A stretch of DNA of 52,181 nt from Alphaproteobacteria bacterium (GTDB lineage: Bacteria; Pseudomonadota; Alphaproteobacteria; CAAHEQ01; UBA3637), in assembly GCA_045605805.1 (NCBI GenBank), contig JAZUQR010000030.1, positions 1-52,181 on the forward strand. The letters run 5' to 3'. This document shows positions 38,593 through 48,710 of this stretch, piece after piece; position 1 is the stretch's first letter, and every line of letters starts with the position of its first letter. The notes beneath the pieces are model-generated. The model saw only the letters and a list, made by a program, of their open reading frames with translations, searched no databases and had not been told where the DNA came from. The position numbers and the translations under genes were made by a program.

Positions 38593-39972
38593 ATGACAAC
38601 ATTTTTTTTCTGTGGGATTGGCGGAATCGGAATGAGCAGCATTGCCCTCTACCTAAAAAAACAAGGGCATACCGTTTTGGGGTCAGACAGATCTTTTGAT
38701 CAAAACACCGCCTCAGAAACCAAAGAACGCTTAAAACAAGCCGGCATTGTTCTTTTTGCACAAGACGGCAAAAGCATCTCTCCCTTCATTGATATATTTG
38801 TTGTTTCATCAGCCGTAGAAGAAGCAATCCCCGATGTAAAAAAAGCAAAAGAATTAAACTTGACAATCAAAAAACGGGCCGAGGTGTTGGCAGATATTTT
38901 ATCCAACCACTTTGGAATTGCTGTGGCCGGCACAAGTGGCAAAACAACAGTCACCGCTATGATTGGACATATTCTTTATACATTAAACAAAAAACCACTG
39001 ATGATAAACGGAGGCATTTCTGAAAATCTCTATAACAACGAAACACAATCAAATCTGTTGATGGCAGGCAATGAAATCTGCGTCATAGAAGCCGATGAAT
39101 CTGATGGCTCTATTCAACAATACACGCCCGATTTATCAGTGGTCACCAACATCACGCTTGACCACAAAGCCTTATCTGAAACAAAACCATTGTTTCAAGA
39201 TTTTCTAAATCGCACCAAAAAAGGCATTGTAATGAATCTGGATGATACCGAATCACAAACTTTAACAATCAATCGGCCAAATATCATCACATTTTCTGTT
39301 TCTGGGAATCCATCAGCCACGCTTTACGCCACAAACATATCACAAGAAAAAGAAGGGCTTCATTTTTTCATCAATAACACCCCCGCTTTTTTGCCGATGA
39401 TAGGCAAACACAACATTGAAAACGCATTGGCAGCCATCAGCATCTGTATGCACATGGATATTTCCATCCAAGAAAGCCTTCAAGCGCTTCAATCTTTTTT
39501 GGGAACAAAAAGGCGTATGACAAAAATCGGCACAGCCAATGGGATTACAGTCTATGACGATTACGCCCATAATCCCGCCAAAATCCAAGCCGCCATTACA
39601 GCCTTAAAGCCTTTGGCAAAAAGGTTATTTATCGTCTATCAGCCCCATGGTTTTGGTCCGTTAAAATTGATGAAGGATGACTTGATTCAAACCTTAAATC
39701 AAACTCTAAATGAAAACACAGAATGGATTATGTTGCCCGTTTATTTTGCCGGTGGCACAGTCAATAAAGATATTTCATCCAATGATATTATCACCCCATT
39801 ACAACAAAAAGGCAAACGAGCAGTCACCTTGAACACCCGCCCGCAAGTATTAGAATATCTTCAAAAAAGGGCCTGTACCGGAGATATCATCTTGTTGATG
39901 GGGGCCAGAGACCCCAGCCTATCCCAATTTGCAAAAGACATCTACACAACCCTAGAAAAGGAAGAAAAATGA
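38593..39972 (+). CDS. Mur ligase, MurC/Mpl-like (possibly murein-peptide recycling)
   Basis: GIGGIGMS, GTSGKTT, EADESD, DDYAHNP; coupled to the LD-carboxypeptidase gene. Confidence 0.9.
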   Translation: MTTFFFCGIGGIGMSSIALYLKKQGHTVLGSDRSFDQNTASETKERLKQAGIVLFAQDGKSISPFIDIFVVSSAVEEAIPDVKKAKELNLTIKKRAEVLADILSNHFGIAVAGTSGKTTVTAMIGHILYTLNKKPLMINGGISENLYNNETQSNLLMAGNEICVIEADESDGSIQQYTPDLSVVTNITLDHKALSETKPLFQDFLNRTKKGIVMNLDDTESQTLTINRPNIITFSVSGNPSATLYATNISQEKEGLHFFINNTPAFLPMIGKHNIENALAAISICMHMDISIQESLQALQSFLGTKRRMTKIGTANGITVYDDYAHNPAKIQAAITALKPLAKRLFIVYQPHGFGPLKLMKDDLIQTLNQTLNENTEWIMLPVYFAGGTVNKDISSNDIITPLQQKGKRAVTLNTRPQVLEYLQKRACTGDIILLMGARDPSLSQFAKDIYTTLEKEEK

Positions 39973-40850
39973 AAAAAGTTCAAATCGTTTCACCGGCTTC
40001 CATTTGTCCCATCAATACAAAAGAAAAAGCAAAAATCAATGCCTTTTTCAAAAACAATCACTACACTGTGTCGTGGGCTAAATATGCCTTAAAACAAGCA
40101 ACAACCGAACAAAAAACAGCCGACCTGATGAACGCATTTGAATCAAATTCGGATATCATTTTATCTTTGCGTGGTGGCTATGGAAGTATCAAATTATTAA
40201 ACCAAATCAATTGGAAAAAATTAAAAAAATCCTCGTCCTTGTTTGTCGGGTTCAGCGATCTGACAACCTTTCAAAACGCCTATTATACCAAAACAGGCAA
40301 ACCAAGTCTGACCGGCTTTATTGCAAAAGATATCCTCAAGTTAAACAAAACATCTGATGAAAGCAACCTCTTTTGGCAAATCATCAATGGGGCCAATATC
40401 CAATTTTGCAATTGTCCTGTCCTTTCAAAAGGGATAAAAGAAAAAGTCAGTGGCACATTAGTCGGTGGCAACCTTTCCTGTTTTGTCACTTTACTTGGAA
40501 CACCCTATATGCCCAACCTGAAAAATAAGATTTTATTGTTGGAAGATGTATGCGAACCGCCTTATAAAATTGATCGCATGTTGACCCACCTAAAACTTGC
40601 CGGAGTTTTTGAAAAAATCAATGGCGTTGTTTTGGGCAATTTTTATCAATGTACCAACGAAACACAACCACAAAACATAAATGACACATTAAAAGAGTTT
40701 TTTCAAAACTGTAAGCTGCCTGTCTTACAATGTGTAGCATATGGGCATCAGCCACATCATATGTGCCTACCGATTGGCACAAAGGCCACACTCAATACAA
40801 AAGAAAACAGTCTGATTATTGACGGCATTAAAATAAAAACAAACAAATAA
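39969..40850 (+). CDS. LD-carboxypeptidase (S66, LdcA-like)
   Basis: RGGYGS, GFSDLT, GGNL, LEDV.E, YGH. Confidence 0.92.
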   Translation: MKKVQIVSPASICPINTKEKAKINAFFKNNHYTVSWAKYALKQATTEQKTADLMNAFESNSDIILSLRGGYGSIKLLNQINWKKLKKSSSLFVGFSDLTTFQNAYYTKTGKPSLTGFIAKDILKLNKTSDESNLFWQIINGANIQFCNCPVLSKGIKEKVSGTLVGGNLSCFVTLLGTPYMPNLKNKILLLEDVCEPPYKIDRMLTHLKLAGVFEKINGVVLGNFYQCTNETQPQNINDTLKEFFQNCKLPVLQCVAYGHQPHHMCLPIGTKATLNTKENSLIIDGIKIKTNK

Positions 40851-40864
40851 AAGAAAGGAAAAAC

Positions 40865-41635
40865 ATGAAAAAAATCTCTCAATTTTTCAAAAAACTGTTA
40901 AAAACAATCTGCTGGATACTGGTCATTTTAATCATTCTGGTTTCGGCAATATATCTTTTTGCAGGGCAACTGGTCCAACGCTTTGCCCCCGACTTCATAA
41001 GTAAAATCACACAAACCGAAACGCAACTTGGCAAAGTGGACTTATCCTTGCTGTCCGGCCACATAGAATTAAATGATTTGGCCATCGGCAACCCCAAAGG
41101 TTTTAAGGATAAAAATGTTTTTCAACTTGGGAAAATCAGTGTTGATTTCACACCAAAAAGCCTGCTGACAAATAAAATCATCATCAATGATGTCACAATT
41201 TCTGGCGTTCAGGTTTCCACAGAACTCAATGCAAAAGGCAAAACAAATGTGACCGAGCTGTTAAACAACATTCAAAAAATAACAGGCTCTACCCAAGAAA
41301 AACCAGCCGAAGAAACAAAAAAAGAAAAAACACCAACACAAACAAGCCCAGCTAAAACGGTTGTCATTAAAGATTTGAAAATTGAAGACTCGTCTGTACG
41401 TGCCGGAATTGCCGGACAAATGATGACCATACCGTTGCCAAACATTCACCAAAAAAACATTGGGGAACAGAAAAAACAAACCCTCAGTCAAACAATTGTT
41501 GACATCTTAAATACCCTTAACACTGAATCAGCAAAGGCAACCGTCAAAGCCGCCAAAGAAGGGGTTAAAAACACCATTCAACAAGGCAAAGAGGCCATCA
41601 ACAACCTAAAAGATAACTTCAAAAAACTCTTTTAA
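40865..41635 (+). CDS. AsmA-like/DUF748 membrane-anchored protein
   Basis: N-terminal TM, VDLSLLSG..IGNPKGF motif. Confidence 0.75.
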   Translation: MKKISQFFKKLLKTICWILVILIILVSAIYLFAGQLVQRFAPDFISKITQTETQLGKVDLSLLSGHIELNDLAIGNPKGFKDKNVFQLGKISVDFTPKSLLTNKIIINDVTISGVQVSTELNAKGKTNVTELLNNIQKITGSTQEKPAEETKKEKTPTQTSPAKTVVIKDLKIEDSSVRAGIAGQMMTIPLPNIHQKNIGEQKKQTLSQTIVDILNTLNTESAKATVKAAKEGVKNTIQQGKEAINNLKDNFKKLF

Positions 41636-41649
41636 GGCCAGCAAAAATC

Positions 41650-41678
41650 AACGCCCTTTTTTCAAAGGGCGTTTTTTT
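41650..41678. terminator. terminator between convergent genes
   Basis: AACGCCCTTT...AAAGGGCGTT-T run. Confidence 0.75.
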
Positions 41679-42568
41679 TATTTCTTTTTGTGACATTTCT
41701 CCTTCTTTTTTGGCTTTTTGGGCTTAGCCTTCAAAAACTCAAAATGAGTAATCTTCACTTTCTTGATGCGTCTGGCATCCACATCCATCACTTGAAACTT
41801 TATGCCGGAAGGATGAACAATAACTTCCCCACGATAAGGCAAACGACCAGCAATATGAAACACAAAACCACCCACGGTATCAATATCTGCTTCCTTATCA
41901 TCAAAAGTTAAAAACGGCCCAATCATCGCTTCCAAATCGGCCAATTCCACCCGAGCATCAGCCTCAATCACACGAGGAGAAACTCGTTTCAATTCTGGCG
42001 GACGATCCAACACATCGTGTTCATCTTCAATTTCGCCCACAACCTCTTCCAACAGGTCTTCCAAAGTAATCAAGCCAAAAGTGCCACCAAACTCATCCAC
42101 CACCACAGCCAACTGCATAGATTTAGCCTGCATCTCACGCAACAAATCTAAACAGCGCATGGAAGGGGCAACAAAAACAACATGATGCGTCATAATTTGG
42201 GACACTTCCATAGACTTATTCTGCAAGGCTGCACTCAACAAATCTTTCGTGTGTAAAACGCCCACAATGTTATCCAAAGTTTTTTCATAAACAGGCATTC
42301 TGGTATATTTATCTTTCAAGATAACATTCTTGACCTCATCCAACGAAGCATTCACAGGCAGAGCCACCACCTCAGCACGAGGAATAGCAATATCACTGGC
42401 TCGTTTGTCCCGCAACTTAAACACATTTTTTAACAACAACATCTCGTCATCATCCACCAAAACATCTTCACCTCGTTCTTCCCGCTCATCCATAATTTCT
42501 TCCACAGTTTCAATGGCTTCTTCTTCTTCCGGATGTTTCTCAAATAAATCTTTAATCTTGTCAAACAT
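41678..42568 (-). CDS. CBS/CorC-HlyC domain protein (CorC-like)
   Basis: YTRMPVY, VVDEFGGT.GL.TLEDLLEEVVGEIEDEHD. Confidence 0.92.
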   Translation of the reverse strand: MFDKIKDLFEKHPEEEEAIETVEEIMDEREERGEDVLVDDDEMLLLKNVFKLRDKRASDIAIPRAEVVALPVNASLDEVKNVILKDKYTRMPVYEKTLDNIVGVLHTKDLLSAALQNKSMEVSQIMTHHVVFVAPSMRCLDLLREMQAKSMQLAVVVDEFGGTFGLITLEDLLEEVVGEIEDEHDVLDRPPELKRVSPRVIEADARVELADLEAMIGPFLTFDDKEADIDTVGGFVFHIAGRLPYRGEVIVHPSGIKFQVMDVDARRIKKVKITHFEFLKAKPKKPKKKEKCHKKK

Positions 42569-43009
42569 TTACATCACTCCCTCGTATGGGTCATTAAATC
42601 CCAGTTGTTTCATAAGTTTTGTTTCCAATTTTTCCATTTTCAAGGCCTGTTTATCGGTTAAATGGTCATATCCCTGCAAATGTAAAGCCCCATGAATCAA
42701 TAAATGTGTCAAATGAGCCTTAAATGACTTATGTTGAGCCTTTGCTTCTTGACACACAACATCATAGGCAATGACAATATCCCCTGCAAAAGGAAACTCG
42801 TTTTCAAAAGATAAAACATTCGTGGGCTGATCTTTACCCCGATAACGCTTATTCAAATCATGAACAAAATCATTATCAGCCAACACAACCGACACAATCA
42901 CTTCTTCTTTTTTTTGCCAAGCAAAGCGAATGACCTCCGCACATAAGTGCTTGATAAAAAGATTTTTAAGATAAAAATGTTTATCCAAAACTTGAATATC
43001 TATCTGCAT
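42569..43009 (-). CDS. ybeY: rRNA maturation endoribonuclease YbeY
   Basis: YRGKDQPTNVLSF, HGALHLQGYDH. Confidence 0.96.
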   Translation of the reverse strand: MQIDIQVLDKHFYLKNLFIKHLCAEVIRFAWQKKEEVIVSVVLADNDFVHDLNKRYRGKDQPTNVLSFENEFPFAGDIVIAYDVVCQEAKAQHKSFKAHLTHLLIHGALHLQGYDHLTDKQALKMEKLETKLMKQLGFNDPYEGVM

Positions 43010-43681
43010 TTACTTTGTCTCTTTTTCCTTGGCATAAGCATTCACGATTTTTGACACCAAACCGTGACGCACCACATCCCGTTCATCAAATTGCACAAAA
43101 GCAATTTCATCCACATTTTGCAGGATACGAGTTGCCTCACGCAAACCGGATTCCATCCCTCTGGGTAAATCAGTTTGAGTTAAATCACCATTGATAACCA
43201 TTTTTGACCCCTCCCCCAAACGGGTTAAAAACATTTTCATTTGCATGGGTGTGGTATTTTGTGCTTCGTCCAAAATCACAACAGCGTGTGATAAAGTCCG
43301 CCCCCGCATATAGGCCAACGGAGCAATTTCAATTTCACCATTTTCAATTTTTTTATCCACAACTTCCCGTGGCAACATATCATATAACGCATCATAAAGC
43401 GGGCGCAAATACGGATCAATCTTTTCTTTCAAATCCCCAGGCAAAAAGCCCAGATTTTCCCCTGCCTCCACCGCTGGACGAGTTAAAATAATCTTATCCA
43501 CTTTGTTGGCTTCCATTTCGGAAACAGCCTTCGCCACAGCCAAAAAGGTCTTCCCTGTTCCGGCCGGACCTAATCCAAAAGTCATATCGTGAGTGTTCAT
43601 TGCTTCAATAAACACACTTTGATTTGCCGTTCTGGGGTTGATGTGACGCAGTTTGGTTTTTAAGGTTAAATTATCTGCCAT
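43010..43681 (-). CDS. phoH: PhoH family ATPase (short form)
   Basis: [34 protein letters not shown]. Confidence 0.93.
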   Translation of the reverse strand: MADNLTLKTKLRHINPRTANQSVFIEAMNTHDMTFGLGPAGTGKTFLAVAKAVSEMEANKVDKIILTRPAVEAGENLGFLPGDLKEKIDPYLRPLYDALYDMLPREVVDKKIENGEIEIAPLAYMRGRTLSHAVVILDEAQNTTPMQMKMFLTRLGEGSKMVINGDLTQTDLPRGMESGLREATRILQNVDEIAFVQFDERDVVRHGLVSKIVNAYAKEKETK

Positions 43682-43743
43682 CTTAAATCCTTTCATTTAT
43701 GAATAAAGTTAGTATACTTCATTCGTGACAACTTGTCAAAGAA

Positions 43744-45012
43744 TTATCTTGATTTTTCCTTGTATTTAGGAAATCCCGATGTGTTGGGATATAAAATCTG
43801 TTTGGAAAATCGCAATATCTTGGCATAATGGTCCTTGGAAAAACATTCCTTTAATTCATTTTTTTGCTCTATATTTTCAACCAATTCAATTGTGGCATCA
43901 AACAACTCTTGTGTCTTCAAAGCATTCAAATTTGCCTGTCTCAGGTCATTAAAAGTGGCTTGATTGGATTGAATCAACGCAACTTGTGCAACAGTCGGAA
44001 AACCCAGCCAATAACAAAGAGATTGCTGTTCCTCTGGCGAAAAGCGATAGCCATTTTTTTCTGCTTTTTCAATAACTTCCAACAACATATCTGAAACAAA
44101 AGTTTTAACAGCCAATTCATCTTTTTTTAATTCCGAGCGATTGTGAAGCACACAAGATAAATCAAAAGCATCCACACTGGTTGCCGTTGGGTGTTTTTGA
44201 ATCTCCCGCAACAAACAAATCCCCATAAATTGCAAAGTTGGCTTGGGCATCAGTGGCATTTTCTTAACCTGCCCCCTGCTTAAAATACAAACAATCTCAT
44301 CCCAATTTGGATTTTCATTAAAAAAGCGTTGATTAGGCAAAGTTTTGGTATCCCCATTGGCAAATAAAAGGGTTTGTATAACATAAGCATCTTGAACGCC
44401 CTTCTCACGACTGACACAAAGCAAAGAATCCAAAAAGGCCTTATCCCCAATGGCCTCTATCTCTTTTTGATCTTGCAAGGACATCGGAAAACATTCTTTT
44501 TCCGCAAAACAAACCGCCACCTTACGTTCAGCCAAAGCCTCTAAAATAGCATTATAACAAAACAAATCATCTAATGAAGCAAAACTCAACGCATTGATAC
44601 CCATTTTCTGCCCCGCCACCAAATGCACCAGATGTTCGGCTTCATGCAAAAAAGTATCAAACAACGACTTCACAGAACGCACCTGAGGATTGATATTCAA
44701 AATAAGGTTTTTCCCATCACACTTTCCCCCATCCACATTTCCATCAGAATCAGGGGCAACATCTTCCAGCAATAAACAGGGAGAACACTTTTTCACATCT
44801 TGTAAAAGTTTTTGTGCAGAAGGACTTTGAAGACAAAATCGGCTGATATCCTGAGCAATTTCATCTGTCTGTTCACAACGATTCACAAAAAAAGGACGAA
44901 TATCAATTTCTTTGTCTGGCTTTGAATCCAAATCAGCCGAAACACAACCCTTGGATACAGCCGCTGCAGCCATTAAAGCACCCAAAAAACGCAAGGTTTT
45001 ATTTTTTTTCAT
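43744..45012 (-). CDS. orphan protein with HExxH zinc-metalloprotease motif and signal-like N-terminus
   Basis: FLHEAEHLVH plus downstream Glu (LEALAE); overlaps the miaB stop (ATGA). Confidence 0.75.
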   Translation of the reverse strand: MKKNKTLRFLGALMAAAAVSKGCVSADLDSKPDKEIDIRPFFVNRCEQTDEIAQDISRFCLQSPSAQKLLQDVKKCSPCLLLEDVAPDSDGNVDGGKCDGKNLILNINPQVRSVKSLFDTFLHEAEHLVHLVAGQKMGINALSFASLDDLFCYNAILEALAERKVAVCFAEKECFPMSLQDQKEIEAIGDKAFLDSLLCVSREKGVQDAYVIQTLLFANGDTKTLPNQRFFNENPNWDEIVCILSRGQVKKMPLMPKPTLQFMGICLLREIQKHPTATSVDAFDLSCVLHNRSELKKDELAVKTFVSDMLLEVIEKAEKNGYRFSPEEQQSLCYWLGFPTVAQVALIQSNQATFNDLRQANLNALKTQELFDATIELVENIEQKNELKECFSKDHYAKILRFSKQILYPNTSGFPKYKEKSR

Positions 45013-46316
45013 TTTGATTTTTTAACCAATTCAGCCTTCAAAGCCGTTGCAGTTGCCGCAATCACTTTTACCCGAACAATTTCGCCCAACAACTTTAACG
45101 GAGCTTTCACAATCGTCCCCTGTAAATAAGGGCTATATCCTAAAAGTTGGCCTTTTTCCTTTCCTTTTTCCGTAAAAAGCACATCAAACTCTTTACCCAC
45201 AGAGGCCATATTAAAGGCCTTTTGCTGTTTAAGCAATAAAGCCTGCAAGCGCATCAACCGTTTTGTTTTTACATCTTCCGGCACTTGATTTTTCATCAAA
45301 CTAGCCGGAGTCCCTGGGCGTGCGCTGTACTTAAAGGAATAAGAACTGGCATAACCAATGCGTTCAACCAACTGTAAAGTTTGTTCAAAATCTTCCTCCG
45401 TTTCCCCTGGAAAACCAACAATAAAATCGGAAGACACGGCAATATCCGGACAAACCTTTCTAAAATCCGCCACAATTTGTTCATATTCTTGAACGGTATA
45501 TTGGCGATTCATCGCCTTCAAAACTTTATCACTGCCCGATTGAATCGGCAAATGAATATAGGGCATCAAGTTTTTCAAATCCTTGTGTGCCTCAATCATA
45601 TTTGGTGTCATTTCACTGGGATAAGAAGTTGTATAACGCAACCGTTTTAACCCTCTAATTTTGGCCACAGCCCGCAACAAATCACCAAAATCTTTGCCTT
45701 CATCCCCATGCCAACCGTTCACATTCTGGCCCAAAAGCATAATTTCTTTTGCACCAGCCTTAACCAAAGATTTGGCTTCCTTCAAAACATCTTTGATAGA
45801 ACGAGAATACTCACACCCCCGAGTATAAGGCACAACACAATACGAACAAAAATGGTCACACCCTTCTTGAATAGCCAAAAAAGCCGAAGCCTTGCTTTGT
45901 TGAGGCAGAGGCAAAAAATCAAACTTCATTTCTGCGGGAAAATCAGCCTTCAAAAGGCGTCCTTTTTTGCGTTGATATTGTGCAATCAGTTCCGGTAATT
46001 GATGATAATTCTGCGGCCCAACAGCAATGTCAATCACCGAAGCCCTGCGTAAAATCTCCTGTCCATCCGCTTGCACCACACAACCAGCCACCACCACCAA
46101 GGCATTTTTCTTTTTTTGGCGAGCAATTCGTCCTAACTCAGAAAAAATCTTTTCACTGGCTTTTTCCCTGATATGACAAGTGTTCAACAAAATCACATCC
46201 GCCACAGACACATCTTCCGTTTCACGATAACCATGTACAGCCAACGCATCACGCATGCGTGTGGAATCATAAACATTCATCTGACAACCGAAAGTTTTAA
46301 TATAAAGTCTGGGCAT
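45009..46316 (-). CDS. miaB: tRNA-2-methylthio-N6-dimethylallyladenosine synthase
   Basis: TFGCQMNVYDS, CDHFCSYCVVPYTRG radical SAM, TRAM domain. Confidence 0.97.
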   Translation of the reverse strand: MPRLYIKTFGCQMNVYDSTRMRDALAVHGYRETEDVSVADVILLNTCHIREKASEKIFSELGRIARQKKKNALVVVAGCVVQADGQEILRRASVIDIAVGPQNYHQLPELIAQYQRKKGRLLKADFPAEMKFDFLPLPQQSKASAFLAIQEGCDHFCSYCVVPYTRGCEYSRSIKDVLKEAKSLVKAGAKEIMLLGQNVNGWHGDEGKDFGDLLRAVAKIRGLKRLRYTTSYPSEMTPNMIEAHKDLKNLMPYIHLPIQSGSDKVLKAMNRQYTVQEYEQIVADFRKVCPDIAVSSDFIVGFPGETEEDFEQTLQLVERIGYASSYSFKYSARPGTPASLMKNQVPEDVKTKRLMRLQALLLKQQKAFNMASVGKEFDVLFTEKGKEKGQLLGYSPYLQGTIVKAPLKLLGEIVRVKVIAATATALKAELVKKSK

Positions 46317-47055
46317 TTTCCAAATCCTGTTGTTTTCTGATTTTCACTTTTTCCTGAAACTCTTTCAACAGTTGACTCCGCCTAAAGGCATCTGCTTTTC
46401 CTTGCGTGGGATAAAGTGTTGAAACAAAAGTTTGATATTCTTCTTTTGATAAAATCTGCCGAGCAATTTCCAACAATTTGCGTTTTTTCCAAGCCGATGC
46501 CTGACGCTTAAAATTATGAATCTGCTTGTCATTCAAGTTAAATGAATTAAACAAAGACTTAGCATAGGCCGGTGCTTGTAAAACCTTTGTCGGATAATAC
46601 CATTTATTTTCTGGTTTTTCATTGGCCAACATCAACAAAACATAGGGATGAACAAGGCTGCCATCAAAGTCCTTTTCCTCACTGTCCGAAAAAGAAATAT
46701 ACGCAATCTCGTCTAAATACTCACGCACTTGTTGGCGTCCCTCTCTTGTTTTATCCGCTTCCATATATATCTGAGCCAATCTTGTTTGCGATTCGGCATT
46801 ACCATTATCAGCCGACAGTTGATAATAGTACAAAGCCTTTTTCAAATCTTGAGTCACCCCAGCACCACCTTTATCATATAACTCAGCTAATTTTGCCTGA
46901 GAAACATCATCATTTAAGGTTTCGGCACAATTTTTATAAAGAACCAGCATAGACTTGACAGGCATAGAATTCAAAAATGTGGATGAATACGGGCAAAACG
47001 ATGCCGATACCCCAAAAGAAACAAATAAAGCAAATATAAAAAGAATCCGATACAT
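46297..47055 (-). CDS. Sel1 repeat exported protein
   Basis: Signal peptide; LAELYDKGGAGVTQDLKKALYYYQLSADNG. Confidence 0.8.
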   Translation of the reverse strand: MYRILFIFALFVSFGVSASFCPYSSTFLNSMPVKSMLVLYKNCAETLNDDVSQAKLAELYDKGGAGVTQDLKKALYYYQLSADNGNAESQTRLAQIYMEADKTREGRQQVREYLDEIAYISFSDSEEKDFDGSLVHPYVLLMLANEKPENKWYYPTKVLQAPAYAKSLFNSFNLNDKQIHNFKRQASAWKKRKLLEIARQILSKEEYQTFVSTLYPTQGKADAFRRSQLLKEFQEKVKIRKQQDLENAQTLY

Positions 47056-47072
47056 TTTTCCCCCTCTGTTGA

Positions 47073-47876
47073 TTAAAAGGTCACATCAATCCATTGAATT
47101 TCTTCTTCTGGCAAAGAGTGTGAACCGAAAAAAGCCTGTTCCGCCTCTGCTTCTAAAACAGAATCGGCCAAATAAATATCTTTTTCAAAAAGCACACCGC
47201 CTTGTGCATTATAAGCAATTGCCCGCACCTTTTCTGGCAAACGCATCATCTGATCGGTTTCATTTTTCAAAATGCCTTCCATCCGCACAACTGATTCGGG
47301 CGCCTCCCTCTTTTCAAAACGCACGGAATGAATCCGAGGCAAAGCAACCACAGTTTGATTTTCTTGTATAACTTTTTCTTGCACTGGCTCAACATCAACC
47401 TTTGCCGGCTCAACCACAACAGGTTTTGGGGGCACAACTTCTTTTTGTTCGGTTTGTACAACCTTCTTAGGTAAAGAAACAGAAAAAGTTTCAGAAAACG
47501 GGGCAAACAAAATATCCCGATAAATAAAACCAGCCCCCACCAAAAGAACAACAAAAATCAATACCACCCTCCTCCCAAACAGGTGAAATGATTTTTTTTG
47601 GGGGGAAACAGGCACCACAACCGGCATAAAGGCTTGTGGCACATCCTCTTGAAACACAGGTGCATCCGCAAAGACATTAGGCTGTGTTTCCTGTTGAACC
47701 TCAACAACAGATTCAACCGCCACAGGTTCAGACAAAACAATGGGATCATCAGTCTGATTTTGTTCAAAAACAAACACATGCTGACACGCAGAACATTTTA
47801 ATTTTTTTCCCGAAACCAATCGCACTTCTTCCGGTATTTGGTATTGCACAGAACATTTTGGACATGTAATAAGCAT
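47073..47876 (-). CDS. MJ0042-type zinc-ribbon membrane protein (ZitP-like, DUF3426-like C-terminus)
   Basis: MLITCPKC..KCSACQHVF, single TM, divergent from ftsE. Confidence 0.88.
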   Translation of the reverse strand: MLITCPKCSVQYQIPEEVRLVSGKKLKCSACQHVFVFEQNQTDDPIVLSEPVAVESVVEVQQETQPNVFADAPVFQEDVPQAFMPVVVPVSPQKKSFHLFGRRVVLIFVVLLVGAGFIYRDILFAPFSETFSVSLPKKVVQTEQKEVVPPKPVVVEPAKVDVEPVQEKVIQENQTVVALPRIHSVRFEKREAPESVVRMEGILKNETDQMMRLPEKVRAIAYNAQGGVLFEKDIYLADSVLEAEAEQAFFGSHSLPEEEIQWIDVTF

Positions 47877-47966
47877 TTTTATCTTTCCCTTTTCTAAAAA
47901 ATAGTGTATTTATAATATAACGAAATAAAAAAAAAGATACAACTTTTTTATGAATAAGGAGGAAAA

Positions 47967-48710
47967 ATGTCACAAAAGCCCAATCCGTCCCCCTTCATTG
48001 CTGAATTCAACGGGGTGTCTTTGCGTTATAATAAAGGGCCAGAAATCTTAAAAGATATCAATTTTTCTCTGTCACCCGGCTCGTTTCATTTTATGACGGG
48101 CGAAAGCGGTGCCGGCAAAACATCACTTTTAAGTTTGTTGTATCTGCATCTGGAAGCAACAAAAGGGCGCATTCGTTTGCTGGGGCAAGCCACAGACATG
48201 ATGTCTCGCAGTACAAAAGCCCAAATTCGTCGTCAAATCGGTGTGGTATTTCAAGACTATCGGCTGTTAAATCACCTCAACGCCTTTGATAATGTGGCCT
48301 TACCATTAAGATTGGCCGGAGAAAAAGAATCAGACATCAAAAAACATGTTGCCGAATTGCTGTCTTGGGTCGGTCTAGAAAAACAATTAAAGGCTTATCC
48401 GGAAGAATTATCTGGTGGAGAACAACAACGCATTGCCATTGCACGGGCTGTTATTCATAAGCCCACACTTTTGCTGGCCGATGAACCCACCGGCAATGTA
48501 GATGATGCCATGGCGAAGCGGTTGATGTATCTGTTTTTGGAATTAAATAAACTCGGCACAACAGTGGTGGTGGCCACACACAATGTGGGATTGGTTAAAA
48601 ACTTTCACTTTCCGCAATTACATTTGGCCGACGGCCACCTAACAATCTTACCGCCCAGCCCTAATCATACAGATATGGCCTCTAAATTATTCAAAAAGGA
48701 GATAAAATAA
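47967..48710 (+). CDS. ftsE: cell division ATP-binding protein FtsE
   Basis: GESGAGKT, VFQDYRLL, LSGGEQQR, ADEPTGN. Confidence 0.95.
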   Translation: MSQKPNPSPFIAEFNGVSLRYNKGPEILKDINFSLSPGSFHFMTGESGAGKTSLLSLLYLHLEATKGRIRLLGQATDMMSRSTKAQIRRQIGVVFQDYRLLNHLNAFDNVALPLRLAGEKESDIKKHVAELLSWVGLEKQLKAYPEELSGGEQQRIAIARAVIHKPTLLLADEPTGNVDDAMAKRLMYLFLELNKLGTTVVVATHNVGLVKNFHFPQLHLADGHLTILPPSPNHTDMASKLFKKEIK

